Shown in pieces: positions 1 to 8,491 of a DNA stretch of 46,239 nucleotides. Origin of the DNA: Nocardioides sp. (GTDB taxonomy: Bacteria; Actinomycetota; Actinomycetes; Propionibacteriales; Nocardioidaceae); the NCBI GenBank assembly GCA_025937085.1, contig JAICSC010000001.1, positions 1 to 46,239 of the forward strand, given 5' to 3'. Under the pieces are notes generated by a model. It saw nothing but the letters and a program-made list of their open reading frames with translations. It made no database searches and had not been told where the DNA came from. Numbering within the stretch: position 1 is the first letter of the stretch; each line of letters opens with the position of its first letter. The position numbers and the translations under genes are program-made.

Positions 1-66
1 ACCTACGCAGCCGAACGACAGCGCAAACCCCCATTCAGAGACTTCGGATAACCCGACGTTGCCAGC

Positions 67-538
67 TACCACCGCCGCCTCAAGCTGCTCGACGGGCACC
101 TGCACCTGCCGGCCTCGGGGCCCGATCCGGGTGGTGGCGTGCTCAGCGAGCCAGCCGACGATCTCGGCCGCAGCCCGATCCTGGGCCACGTCGTAGGCGG
201 CCGCGACCTCGGGATGCAGGGTCGCCGCCAACGACCAGGTCTTCGGGCCGTTCACGGTGACCTCCACGAACCGCAGCGCGTTCGCGTCCTCGCGCAGCCG
301 ACCCTTCGCCGCGCCCGTCTCGACGTCGTACCCGGCCACCCACCGCTCGTACGCCTGGCCGTCGAGATCGCCGACGGGCCTCACAGCAGGGCTCCCGAGT
401 CGCTCACATCAGCGACGTAACACCGCGCGACACCGGAGCCCTCGGCCAGGTAATAGTCGTCGGCCGGGAGTGATCGGCCTCCACGTAGGCACGGGCCGCA
501 GTAGCCGAGCCGCGGTAGAACTTCATCCCACCATGCAC
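67..538 (-). pseudogene. MobF/TrwC-type relaxase N-terminal remnant (2 frameshifts, truncated before the HUH motif)
   Basis: Three frames join to give (V)HGGMKFYRGSATAARAYVEADHSR/ADDYYLAEGSGVAR.../VRPVGDLDGQAYERWVAGYDVETG...FVEVTVNGPKTWSLAATLHPEVAAAYDVAQDRAA...TTRIGPRGRQVQVPVEQLEAAVV. DYY (catalytic Tyr) and the PKTWS motif match MobF relaxases. Similarity stops at ~67. Confidence 0.8.
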
Positions 539-1184
539 GCCGACCACCCATTCCGGTGCCGGACGAGGCGACAACCACTGCCAACAACGTCCAACAACTA
601 CCCTTGGAACGACTCGTGGGCCCGTCCCCGGGCGACCCATCCACGTCCTTCGTAGCATGCGTGCCGACGCTTTCGGGGGTCTGACAGGCGTGTCTCGGGG
701 GTGCTGAATCAGAAAGTTGAGCGACCGGCAACGGTCAACGAAGACCAGTCGTTCGGATCCTTGAGGTGGGGTGCCAGAGCGTCCGAGCGCTCAATCTCTG
801 TCGCATGCGGTATCGCGCAGCAGCGGTCGCCGTCAGCCACCACGCCTGTCGACGGGCATGCGGGTTCGCAGAGCCCCCCGTCACCGGGAATGTCTCCGGA
901 CGGCCTATACGGACGCGAGCAACCGACTGAGAGCGCCAAGCGGCCCGGTCGCCGTTTGTGGTTCCGCTTGCGGGACGACCGATAGGGACCTTCGCTCATC
1001 GTTGCGTCGGCACGCTAAACGGGCGGCGTCGTCGAAGCCGGTGATCCTGTGACGCAGAAGTTTCCGGTGAGCATGCCTTGCAACGGTGCGAGAGGCGCAG
1101 TGGGCAATGGGATGAGGATGGCCTACGCGCCCCTACTCCAGCGCCGATGCACGTCGTCGAGTGTCTCTGCAGGGCCGGGCCCCA

Positions 1185-1856
1185 TCAGCGTCTACCCAGG
1201 CCGCTGTCACGGGCTCGCACGATGGCTTGCGCCCTGTCCGCGACTTGCAGCTTCATGAAGATGTTGGACACGTGGTTGCGGATGGTCTTCTCCGAGAGGA
1301 CGAGTTCGGTGGCGATGGCGTGGTTGTTGAGACCGCGGGCGACGAGCTCCAGCACCTCGAGTTCGCGGGCGGTGAGCTGCGGGAACTGCGGCGGTTCGTC
1401 GACGACCCGGGCTTCGAGCCCGGCGAAGTAGGCTGTGATGCGCTCGGCGAGGGCCGGCCCGAAGATGACGCCACCGTCGTCGACGGTGTGGATGGCGCGT
1501 TCGATCTCGAGCTGGTCGGCGCCCTTGAGGAGGTAGCCGCGGGCACCGGCCTGCACGGCGGTGAAGACCGACTCGTCGTCGTCGTGCATGGTGAGCACGA
1601 GCACGGCCACCGAAGGGTGGGCAGCTCGGATGGCCCGTGTTGCGCCGACACCGTCCAGCTCAGGCATGTTGAGGTCCATCACGACGACGTCGGGCAGCAG
1701 TTCGGTGCAGCGTGCGACGACCTCGGTGCCGGTCGCGGCCGTGCCGATCACCTCGATTCCCTCGACGGTGCCGAGCAGCAGCTCCAGCCCTTCCCGGTAG
1801 ACGGGGTGATCGTCGGCGATCACCACCCGGACAACCGGCTTCTCTGCGGCGCTCAC
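1185..1856 (-). CDS. NarL/LuxR-family response regulator
   Basis: VVIADDH, DVVVMDLNMP, GARGYLLK receiver motifs; LTARELEVL...LSEKTIRNHVSNI HTH. GTG at 1856 overlaps the kinase stop (GTGA). Confidence 0.95.
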   Translation of the reverse strand: MSAAEKPVVRVVIADDHPVYREGLELLLGTVEGIEVIGTAATGTEVVARCTELLPDVVVMDLNMPELDGVGATRAIRAAHPSVAVLVLTMHDDDESVFTAVQAGARGYLLKGADQLEIERAIHTVDDGGVIFGPALAERITAYFAGLEARVVDEPPQFPQLTARELEVLELVARGLNNHAIATELVLSEKTIRNHVSNIFMKLQVADRAQAIVRARDSGLGRR

Positions 1857-3919
1857 GTCGGCTCCATGGGGAGGCGGGCGGTCACCACGGTTCCCCCGTG
1901 TTCGCCGGTCGCCACGTCGCAGCGGCCCCCCACCTCGGCGGCCCGCTCGCGCATCGAGGACAGGCCGACGCCGTGCCGGCGCTCGCACGGGAGCCCGCGC
2001 CCGTCGTCGGTGATGGTCAGGTCGAGGTGGCTGCCATCGAGGCGTTCGAGTCGTACCTCGCAGCGGCGTGCCGCCGCGTGCCGGGCCACGTTGGTGAGGG
2101 CCTCGCTGACGATCCGGTAGGCGGCGACCTCGACCGCGGCGGGCAGTTCGCCGAGACAGGCGGGTGCTTGGATGACGAGGTCGAACCCGGCGGGTCCCTC
2201 TCCCTGGGTCGCGCCTTGCCTGAAGCGTGAGGCATGCTGCTCGAGGGCGCCGACGAGCCCGACCTGGTCCAGGGCCGGCGGCCGGAGGTCGTGCACGAGC
2301 CGGCGGACGTCGTCCACGGCCTCCCTGGCGTCGGACTTCGCGGCGGCGACCAGGTCGAGCGCCCGGTCGGGGTCGTGTCGCATCAGGTTGCGGATCGCGT
2401 CGAGCTTCAAGGTGAGTCCCGCCAGCTGCGGACCGAGCCCGTCGTGCAGGTCGCGGCGCAACCGGCGCCGCTCCTCCTCGCGAGCCGCGACCAGCTCGGC
2501 GCGTGCTTCCTGCAACGACCGGGTCGTCGAGACCGCCTGCACCACCGCGGTGGCGTGCCGGACGAGGTCGGTGATCAGCATTAGGTCACGATCGGACGGG
2601 TAGCCGCCGCGTGGCAACGCCAGCTGGAGGCTGCCGGCGTGGTCGCCGTGAGCGTCCAGCGGCAGCTGGAGTGCCGACGGCGTAGGGGTGCCGCTCTCGG
2701 CGACGATCGTCTCCTCGCCGGGGACCTCGATCCGCACCCAGGTCGCGCGGAACGCCGTGGACAGGGTCTCGACGGTGGCGCGCAGCACCTCGGCCGGGTC
2801 ATGGCTGGACTCGAGCCGGCGCGACAGCGTGGACACGACTCGGTAGGGGTCGGTCCGATCCCCGCGTAGCCACCGGTTCACCAGGTCCTGCAGCCGGGTG
2901 CGCAGCGGCGCGAACGCCACCGCCACCACCGCGGCCGCGAACCACGGGGCAGCGCCACCGCCGAGCACGACGGTCACGGCCGCGACGACCGCGGCGTAGA
3001 GCCCTACCACCAGCCCGGTGAGCAGCAGGTAGACGAACGAGCGGTTCAGTGCCAGCTGCGCGTCGCCGAGCCGATACCGCAGCACAGCGACAACGATCGT
3101 CCCGGCCAGCACGAGCGTGGCCACAGCCGAGACCACCATCCCCACCGGGGCCGGGGTCAGCCGCGACACGATGACGCCGACGACCATCGCCAAGCCACCG
3201 ACGGCGAACCACCGCAGCTGGGCCGTCGTGGTTTCGTCGGCCCGGCGGTACCGCGCGACGAGGCTGGCCACCGCGACGACGAGCGCGACCAGGTCCAGTA
3301 CCAGCACCGCCGGCAGCACGACATCCCAGACAGCCCCCGGCAGGCCAGTGAGTCCAGTGAGGTCAGGAACCGTTCGGAGGGCTGAGGGCACCTCGCCGGG
3401 AGCGGCGTCGGCGAACACATACTGCAAGGGCACCGTCACCGAGGCCAGGGTGAGCAGCAGGGCGCTCACCACCACCGCTATCGCCACCGGACGCCACCCT
3501 GAGGATGGCAACCGGCCGTCCGGGAAGAGCAGCAGCAGCAGCGGGACGCCTACGTCGCTCAGCGCGGCGAGCCGCATCAGCACCATCCCGGCGGCGGCCA
3601 GCGGCAGATCCCGATGCACGCCGGACGCGTAGACCGCCCAGCCCGCCCCCAGGCTGTTGAGGACCAGCGCGACCGCGGCCGACATCAACATCCAGCCCGC
3701 AGGATGCCGGGGCACTCTCAGCAGCAGCCAGCCGCCCGGGACACCGTAGGCGAGCACCATCACGGTCTGGGCCAGCATCTCCTCACGGAACACTCCGGGC
3801 ACGTCGTGCGAGACGGCGGCGAGCAGGAGCAGCGAGCCAGCCAGCGCCGCCGCGGTCAGACCGACCACGGCGCGACCGGCTCCCTGCAGCCAGCCCTCGT
3901 GCCCTTCAGAGCGGGTCAT
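1853..3919 (-). CDS. Multi-pass membrane sensor histidine kinase (HisKA_3 type)
   Basis: ERRRLRRDLHDGLG H-box, EALTNVARHA N-box, DDGRG and GVGLSSMRERA; long hydrophobic N-terminus. Start placed at MTRSEG (3919). Confidence 0.93.
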   Translation of the reverse strand: MTRSEGHEGWLQGAGRAVVGLTAAALAGSLLLLAAVSHDVPGVFREEMLAQTVMVLAYGVPGGWLLLRVPRHPAGWMLMSAAVALVLNSLGAGWAVYASGVHRDLPLAAAGMVLMRLAALSDVGVPLLLLLFPDGRLPSSGWRPVAIAVVVSALLLTLASVTVPLQYVFADAAPGEVPSALRTVPDLTGLTGLPGAVWDVVLPAVLVLDLVALVVAVASLVARYRRADETTTAQLRWFAVGGLAMVVGVIVSRLTPAPVGMVVSAVATLVLAGTIVVAVLRYRLGDAQLALNRSFVYLLLTGLVVGLYAAVVAAVTVVLGGGAAPWFAAAVVAVAFAPLRTRLQDLVNRWLRGDRTDPYRVVSTLSRRLESSHDPAEVLRATVETLSTAFRATWVRIEVPGEETIVAESGTPTPSALQLPLDAHGDHAGSLQLALPRGGYPSDRDLMLITDLVRHATAVVQAVSTTRSLQEARAELVAAREEERRRLRRDLHDGLGPQLAGLTLKLDAIRNLMRHDPDRALDLVAAAKSDAREAVDDVRRLVHDLRPPALDQVGLVGALEQHASRFRQGATQGEGPAGFDLVIQAPACLGELPAAVEVAAYRIVSEALTNVARHAAARRCEVRLERLDGSHLDLTITDDGRGLPCERRHGVGLSSMRERAAEVGGRCDVATGEHGGTVVTARLPMEPT

Positions 3920-4823
3920 GAGGCTCAGTGTCGGGGCAAATACCGGAAGGCACCAGCGTCGCCGGCAACGTGGCGGCAACGTGGGCGGCGAGCAACGTGA
4001 ACAGGGAACCGCCAACCAGGACCACGGCGCCAGCAGCCCAGGGGTTCGTCTCGGGGACGGCGGCCTGCCCCACAAAGGTGACCGGGACTGCGAGGCCGGC
4101 TCCGCCGACCGCCCAGCCGACGCCCGCGCCGCGACGGCGGCTCGCCACAGCGAGGACGACACCGCGCACCACGCTGAGCAGCACGGCGTAGAGGAACATC
4201 AGCGGAACAAGCAGCTGCACCACACCCGACCACGACGCGGTCACCGGCAACGCCAGCGGGTTGGCGACCCGCGTGCTGTCCAGGGTGTGAGGCAAGAACG
4301 CCTCGACCAGCATGGTGAGCCCCGTCAGGGTCAGCAACACAACGACCGCAGCCCGGTCACGGCCCCGCGGTCGCACGTCCGGCAGCAGACTCACCACGAG
4401 CCCGAGCAGCCCGACGTCGCAGACAGGGAAGAAGACATCCGCGAGCCACCCCACCCCGGCCACCGGCAACGCGGCACCCTGCGGCGTCACCGCCAAAGCA
4501 AGAACAGCGATCAGTACGGCGTTGACGGCATACGCGGCTCCCACCAGCCGCACGATGCCTGCCCAGCGCGGCGCGCGGGGGGCGCAGCGTGCGGCCACGG
4601 CGCACAAGACCACGGCCAGTCCGGCAGCGAAGAACGGGTAGCCGTGGTGCACGGCCGTGTTCCCCGGCCCCAACGGCAATCGAGCCTCGATCGTGCCGAC
4701 CGCGATGCCAGCAACGCTCGACGCGACGGTCAGAACGGTCAGCACGGTCACCGCGCCCGGCAACCTACGGGACCCTTCGCTTCGTCGGGGACTCGGCCGG
4801 AACTGAACACGCGTCAAGGTCAT
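3906..4823 (-). CDS. Integral membrane protein resembling the kinase sensor domain
   Basis: Multiple hydrophobic segments; AGAGGAG RBS before ATG 4823; stop overlaps the kinase start. Confidence 0.7.
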   Translation of the reverse strand: MTLTRVQFRPSPRRSEGSRRLPGAVTVLTVLTVASSVAGIAVGTIEARLPLGPGNTAVHHGYPFFAAGLAVVLCAVAARCAPRAPRWAGIVRLVGAAYAVNAVLIAVLALAVTPQGAALPVAGVGWLADVFFPVCDVGLLGLVVSLLPDVRPRGRDRAAVVVLLTLTGLTMLVEAFLPHTLDSTRVANPLALPVTASWSGVVQLLVPLMFLYAVLLSVVRGVVLAVASRRRGAGVGWAVGGAGLAVPVTFVGQAAVPETNPWAAGAVVLVGGSLFTLLAAHVAATLPATLVPSGICPDTEPHDPL

Positions 4824-4889
4824 CGGAACTCCTCTTGTGAACTGAGTGGCGCCATCCTGACCCCACATGGCCGTGCGCCACATCCGACT

Positions 4890-4956
4890 GCTGTCCCGAC
4901 TTCACAGCCGCACAACCGGGACACACGTCGGGACAGCGGTCACTGGTCGTCCCGGT
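4890..4956. promoter_or_regulatory. Candidate response-regulator binding sites in a divergent promoter
   Basis: Inverted repeats GCTGTCCCGAC (4890-4900)/GTCGGGACAGC (4927-4937) and ACCGGGAC (4915-4922)/GTCCCGGT (4949-4956). Confidence 0.5.
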
Positions 4957-5010
4957 CCGCGGCGCGCCACCTTGAGGCATGGCACATCCACACCCGGTAA
5001 GGAGCACGCC

Positions 5011-5655
5011 GTGACCACCCAGCACAAGTCAGACATATCCAGCATGCTGGCCGAATCCCCGGCTCGCGGTCCGTCCCGGACCAGGCTGCGCCTCACCGGC
5101 TGGTCGTTCGCCGCGCTCCTGCTCGTCAGCGCCGGGATGGCCGACGTTCCCGACCGCACCGCGGGGAGCGCCGTCGTGCGCACCTTCTACCAGCACACCG
5201 GCGTCATCATGCTTGCCCAGGCGCTCTCGGTGGCCGCGGCGCTCTGCTTCGCGTTGTTCGCGACCACGCTGGCGCATCACCTCGACCGCTCGAGGGCCGT
5301 GGCTCGTGCCGGGTTGTCCGTCGCCGGCGCGGCGGTGCTCACCAGCGTCCCCGTCGCCGTCCTGGCGGTCGCGCACGACCCGGCCGACCCGACGCTACGC
5401 GCACTCGTGACAGCCTGCGATGCCACCGACGTCCTCCTTTTCGGGGCGATCGCCGCCTTTGCCGCAGCGGTTGCGCGTAGCATCGGCTCGCCCGCCTGGC
5501 GAATGCTCAGCGCCACTTGCGCGGTCATCAGCCTCGCCCGGGCCGTTCTGCTCGCGTTCGGCTCAAGCACTCTGTCGCTGGTCGCCCCCGCCTCGTTCCC
5601 GCTGCTGGTCGCGGCCCTCGCCACTCTGACCCCCACCCGTCGATCGCGACACTGA
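5011..5655 (+). CDS. Hypothetical membrane protein, divergent from the two-component operon
   Basis: AAGGAG RBS before GTG 5011; several hydrophobic segments. Confidence 0.7.
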   Translation: MTTQHKSDISSMLAESPARGPSRTRLRLTGWSFAALLLVSAGMADVPDRTAGSAVVRTFYQHTGVIMLAQALSVAAALCFALFATTLAHHLDRSRAVARAGLSVAGAAVLTSVPVAVLAVAHDPADPTLRALVTACDATDVLLFGAIAAFAAAVARSIGSPAWRMLSATCAVISLARAVLLAFGSSTLSLVAPASFPLLVAALATLTPTRRSRH

Positions 5656-6038
5656 CCGCACCGCCACCGACACCACTGCCGGCGGAGGGCGCTCGCCCGG
5701 AAGAGACCGAATGATGCGGAGGCCAGAACGGCAACGGCACCTCGAGAGCGACTCCGACGAGGGTGAAGGACGGCACCTCGTCGAGCGGTGAGGACACCGC
5801 GCGGGTGCTCAGTCTGGGCGAGTCGATCAGGCTGACACGCCCCCGGGGGGCTCTTGCCGGGTGATCACTGTTGCCGATGGGTTGCACGGTCATCACTCAT
5901 CTTCCTTGGCCGGGGATAGAACCCGCGTATGCCCCGCTACGGGATCGATCCGGCACGCTCCGCGAGCCCATCCCCTATCGGGGATCACGGCGCACACCCC
6001 ACTGGGTCACGGTCTCCGACCCTGAGGATGGCGCGACG

Positions 6039-6401
6039 TCATCGACCCAGCTGATGCCTCAGCCTCTGGAGAGCGCAGAACCGGTAGCTCTCGGTCAGCT
6101 GCTCGGCCACCTCGTCCCAGTCGGTGTCGCCGTCGAGCACCATGCCGACAACGGTGGGCGACCACGGCGGCTGGTAGAACGGCGGCCCGGCGTGGACCAT
6201 GGCTAGCAACTCGTCGCCGGAAGACCGGAAGGTCAGCACCGTGGTGGGCTCGGTCACCCCGGTCATCTCGCGGTACGCCGATGTGTAACCCTCCTGGGCG
6301 ACCAGGACGTGGGCGAACGTTCTGCTCCGCACCCGCCACCTCACGCCAGTCCAGGCGTCCTCCTCGTAGGCGTCGGGTAGCGCCAACGCGATAGACGCCA
6401 C
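6039..6401 (-). CDS. MmcQ/YjbR-family protein, copy 1 (original start probably lost)
   Basis: ALALPDAYEEDAWTGVRWRVRSRTFAH...DWDEVAEQLTESYR. The codon equivalent to the copy-2 GTG start is GTT at 6449-6447. Confidence 0.8.
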   Translation of the reverse strand: MASIALALPDAYEEDAWTGVRWRVRSRTFAHVLVAQEGYTSAYREMTGVTEPTTVLTFRSSGDELLAMVHAGPPFYQPPWSPTVVGMVLDGDTDWDEVAEQLTESYRFCALQRLRHQLGR

Positions 6402-6455
6402 CCGGGCAACGTCGTCGCCGGGGGGCTCGATGCGCGGCGGCCTGGAAACCCCCCG

Positions 6456-6477
6456 AGTCTGTCAGCAGATGCCGACA
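6456..6477 (-). promoter_or_regulatory. PafBC/RecA-NDp-like promoter motif
   Basis: TGTCGG-N10-CAGACT, 6 nt upstream of the ancestral start position. The mycobacterial consensus is TGTCGG-N10-TANNNT. Confidence 0.45.
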
Positions 6478-6762
6478 AGTAGTCGCATGTCATGTGTTAG
6501 TTCGTGCGTCTTCCACCGGCGTACCCCGGCTCAGCGCAGGGTCCAGCCGCGACGCAGTTGTCCCCAACTCGTGATCGACGGAAAGCTCACTCGCCTTCGG
6601 TGCTGCGTGCCGGTGCGGGATGAACTTGCGGCGATCCCATTCGTCGTCCCGTGGCGCGTGCAACCGGACCCACAAGGCGTTCGGCGTACGGGACTGCCAT
6701 GGACACGAGCGTTAGGCGCACGGCGGCCTTGCGCTTGACAGTCATACCGGCCCAGAAGGTCG

Positions 6763-6842
6763 TGTCAACGGCAGCTGAAAACTGACCCCCTCGCCTTAGA
6801 ACTCGCCTGCCGTCTGGGGGTCAGTTTCACGTGCCACCGACA
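6763..6842. mobile_element. 80-bp IS21-family miniature (internally deleted) element
   Basis: Left end TGTCAACGGCAGCTGAAAACTGACCCCC; right end reverse complement TGTCGGTGGCACGTGAAACTGACCCCC. TG...CA termini; flanks ggtcg/agtcg are a 4/5 candidate target duplication. Confidence 0.8.
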
Positions 6843-6900
6843 AGTCGCGGGCTCCTCGCGCGACGCCAACGCGGCGTTGAGGAGCGGCACGCGAGGCACT

Positions 6901-6928
6901 ACTGCTTCGAACCCGGTATCGCCCACCA
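6901..6928 (+). other. Degenerate tRNA 3'-end fragment (tRNA-Val-like), probable old att remnant
   Basis: ACTGCTTCGAACCCGGTATCGCCCACCA has a T-loop (TTCGAAC), an acceptor 3' strand and CCA, but no 5' half upstream. Confidence 0.6.
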
Positions 6929-7103
6929 GAGAGAAACGGCCCCTGAACTGCGGAAACGCAGAGTATGCCGGGCGACGCTGGAGCGAGTGACTGAGGTCAA
7001 CTCCAGCCTGTCTTCCCCACCACTTGACGGCGTAACCGGTAGCGGCGACCAAATGCCGCCGAGGACGTCGCCCTGCCGCCTCGTCCTGCATGCGGCAGCG
7101 CGC

Positions 7104-7637
7104 TCAGACCGAGGCCCTCGGGGACTCTGCTCGAGCGCTCGCGGCGGCGTCGCGAATCGAGCAGACGATGCTTTGATACCCGGTGCAGCGGCACAGGTTG
7201 CCCGCGATGGCCTCGCGGATCTCGTCGTCGCTCGGGGCGTCGTTCGACTCGATCAGGTTGCGAGCAGCGAACAGGTGGCCCGGTAGGCAGAACCCACACT
7301 GGAAGCCGTCGTTGTTCCAGAAGGCTTCCTGGACGGGAGCCAGTTCGTCAGGGCTGCCGAGGCTCTCGACTGTGTTAACCTCCCCACCGTCGGCGCTCGC
7401 GGCGAGCATCAGGCATGACTTCACGATTTGGCCGTCGAGCTCCAACGTGCAGGCGCCGCAGTCGCCGTTCATGCAACCCACGTGAGTGCCCTTGAGCGCC
7501 AGCTGGTCGCGCACGACCTCGACCAACAGCTGACGGTCGTGGCACTCGACGGAACGGCTTTCACCGTTCACGCGCAAAGTGATGGACCTACCTGGCGTGC
7601 TCTGGGGGCTGAGGTTCGATGCTTGCGAGGTGCTCAT
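7104..7637 (-). CDS. Molybdenum hydroxylase small [2Fe-2S] subunit (CoxS-like)
   Basis: GCMNGDCGAC...C and QCGFC...NLCRCTGY; ATGA overlap with the medium subunit. Confidence 0.95.
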   Translation of the reverse strand: MSTSQASNLSPQSTPGRSITLRVNGESRSVECHDRQLLVEVVRDQLALKGTHVGCMNGDCGACTLELDGQIVKSCLMLAASADGGEVNTVESLGSPDELAPVQEAFWNNDGFQCGFCLPGHLFAARNLIESNDAPSDDEIREAIAGNLCRCTGYQSIVCSIRDAAASARAESPRASV

Positions 7638-8491
7638 TGCTCTCCGTCCTGAATGGTCTCTTCCCATGCTCGGCGCGCAACGACGCCGGCCACCTGCTGG
7701 CGGTAGCTGGCTGGTGCCAACTCGTCGTCCCACGGGTCCTCGAGGTGCTGCTCGATGAGCTCGGCCCACTCACGGTCGCTGACGGTCAGCACGCCGCGCT
7801 CGTCCACGCACTCGGTGACGTCGACGGTGACCGGCGTGGCGCAGACACCACCCAGCGTCACCGTCGCCTGGGTGAGACGGCCGTCGGTATGCGCCGCCAC
7901 AGCGGCTCCAGTGGCGATGGGCCAGCTGCTCTCAGACAGCTTCAACTTGAAGTAACCGGTCCGCGCATCGTTCTTGGGAATGCGGATTTTCGTGACGATC
8001 TCGTCGCCTGCGAGTACAGTCTCGAAGGCATCTCGGAAGAACTGCGCGGCGGTGACCTCCCGCACTCCGTTCGCCCCGTGCAGCGACAGTCGGGCCCCGG
8101 TGGCCACCAGCGCTGCGGGTACATCCGACGACGGGTTTGCATAGCTGGCTGATCCGCCCACCGTCCCCTGGTTGCGGAGCTGGGGGCCACCTGTGATACC
8201 TGCGGCGAGCCTCTTCAGCAGGTTCGCCGGACCGTCGACGTCAGCGGCGAGTACGGCCGAGTATGTTGTCATAGCGCCGAGCTCCACCTCGTCCGCCGTC
8301 GAAGTCACCCCAGAGAGGCCTAGGCGGCGAAGGTCCACGACGTGGTCATACGTCCTTTCACCCCGTCCCATGGCAGGCACGAGCATGGTGCCACCGCCGA
8401 GGACGGCGGTAGTGCCGTCGAGTCCGCCGAGCAGGTCGCCGGCCTCTCGGAGGGTATGGGGCATGTGGTGGGTCAGTGCCGTGCGGATCAT
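7634..8491 (-). CDS. Molybdenum hydroxylase medium FAD-binding subunit (CoxM-like)
   Basis: VLGGGTML and QLRNQGTVGGS...ANPSSD FAD motifs; ATGA overlap with the large subunit. Confidence 0.92.
   Translation of the reverse strand: MIRTALTHHMPHTLREAGDLLGGLDGTTAVLGGGTMLVPAMGRGERTYDHVVDLRRLGLSGVTSTADEVELGAMTTYSAVLAADVDGPANLLKRLAAGITGGPQLRNQGTVGGSASYANPSSDVPAALVATGARLSLHGANGVREVTAAQFFRDAFETVLAGDEIVTKIRIPKNDARTGYFKLKLSESSWPIATGAAVAAHTDGRLTQATVTLGGVCATPVTVDVTECVDERGVLTVSDREWAELIEQHLEDPWDDELAPASYRQQVAGVVARRAWEETIQDGEQ

Larger units (their letters stand above)
5952..6634. repeat. MmcQ/YjbR unit, copy 1 (homologous to 15801-16489)
   Basis: Alignable by eye over the gene and both flanks (shared ggcacgctccgcg at the left, actcgtgatc near the right). 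Confidence 0.85.

Noticed and set aside
5660-5900. ORF 5528-5896 or a gene fragment
   Set aside because: Overlaps the neighbouring gene and has no motif I can assign; may be a decayed fragment.
6860-6928. Complete tRNA-Val gene
   Set aside because: Only a degenerate 3' portion is present; there is no D-arm or anticodon arm.
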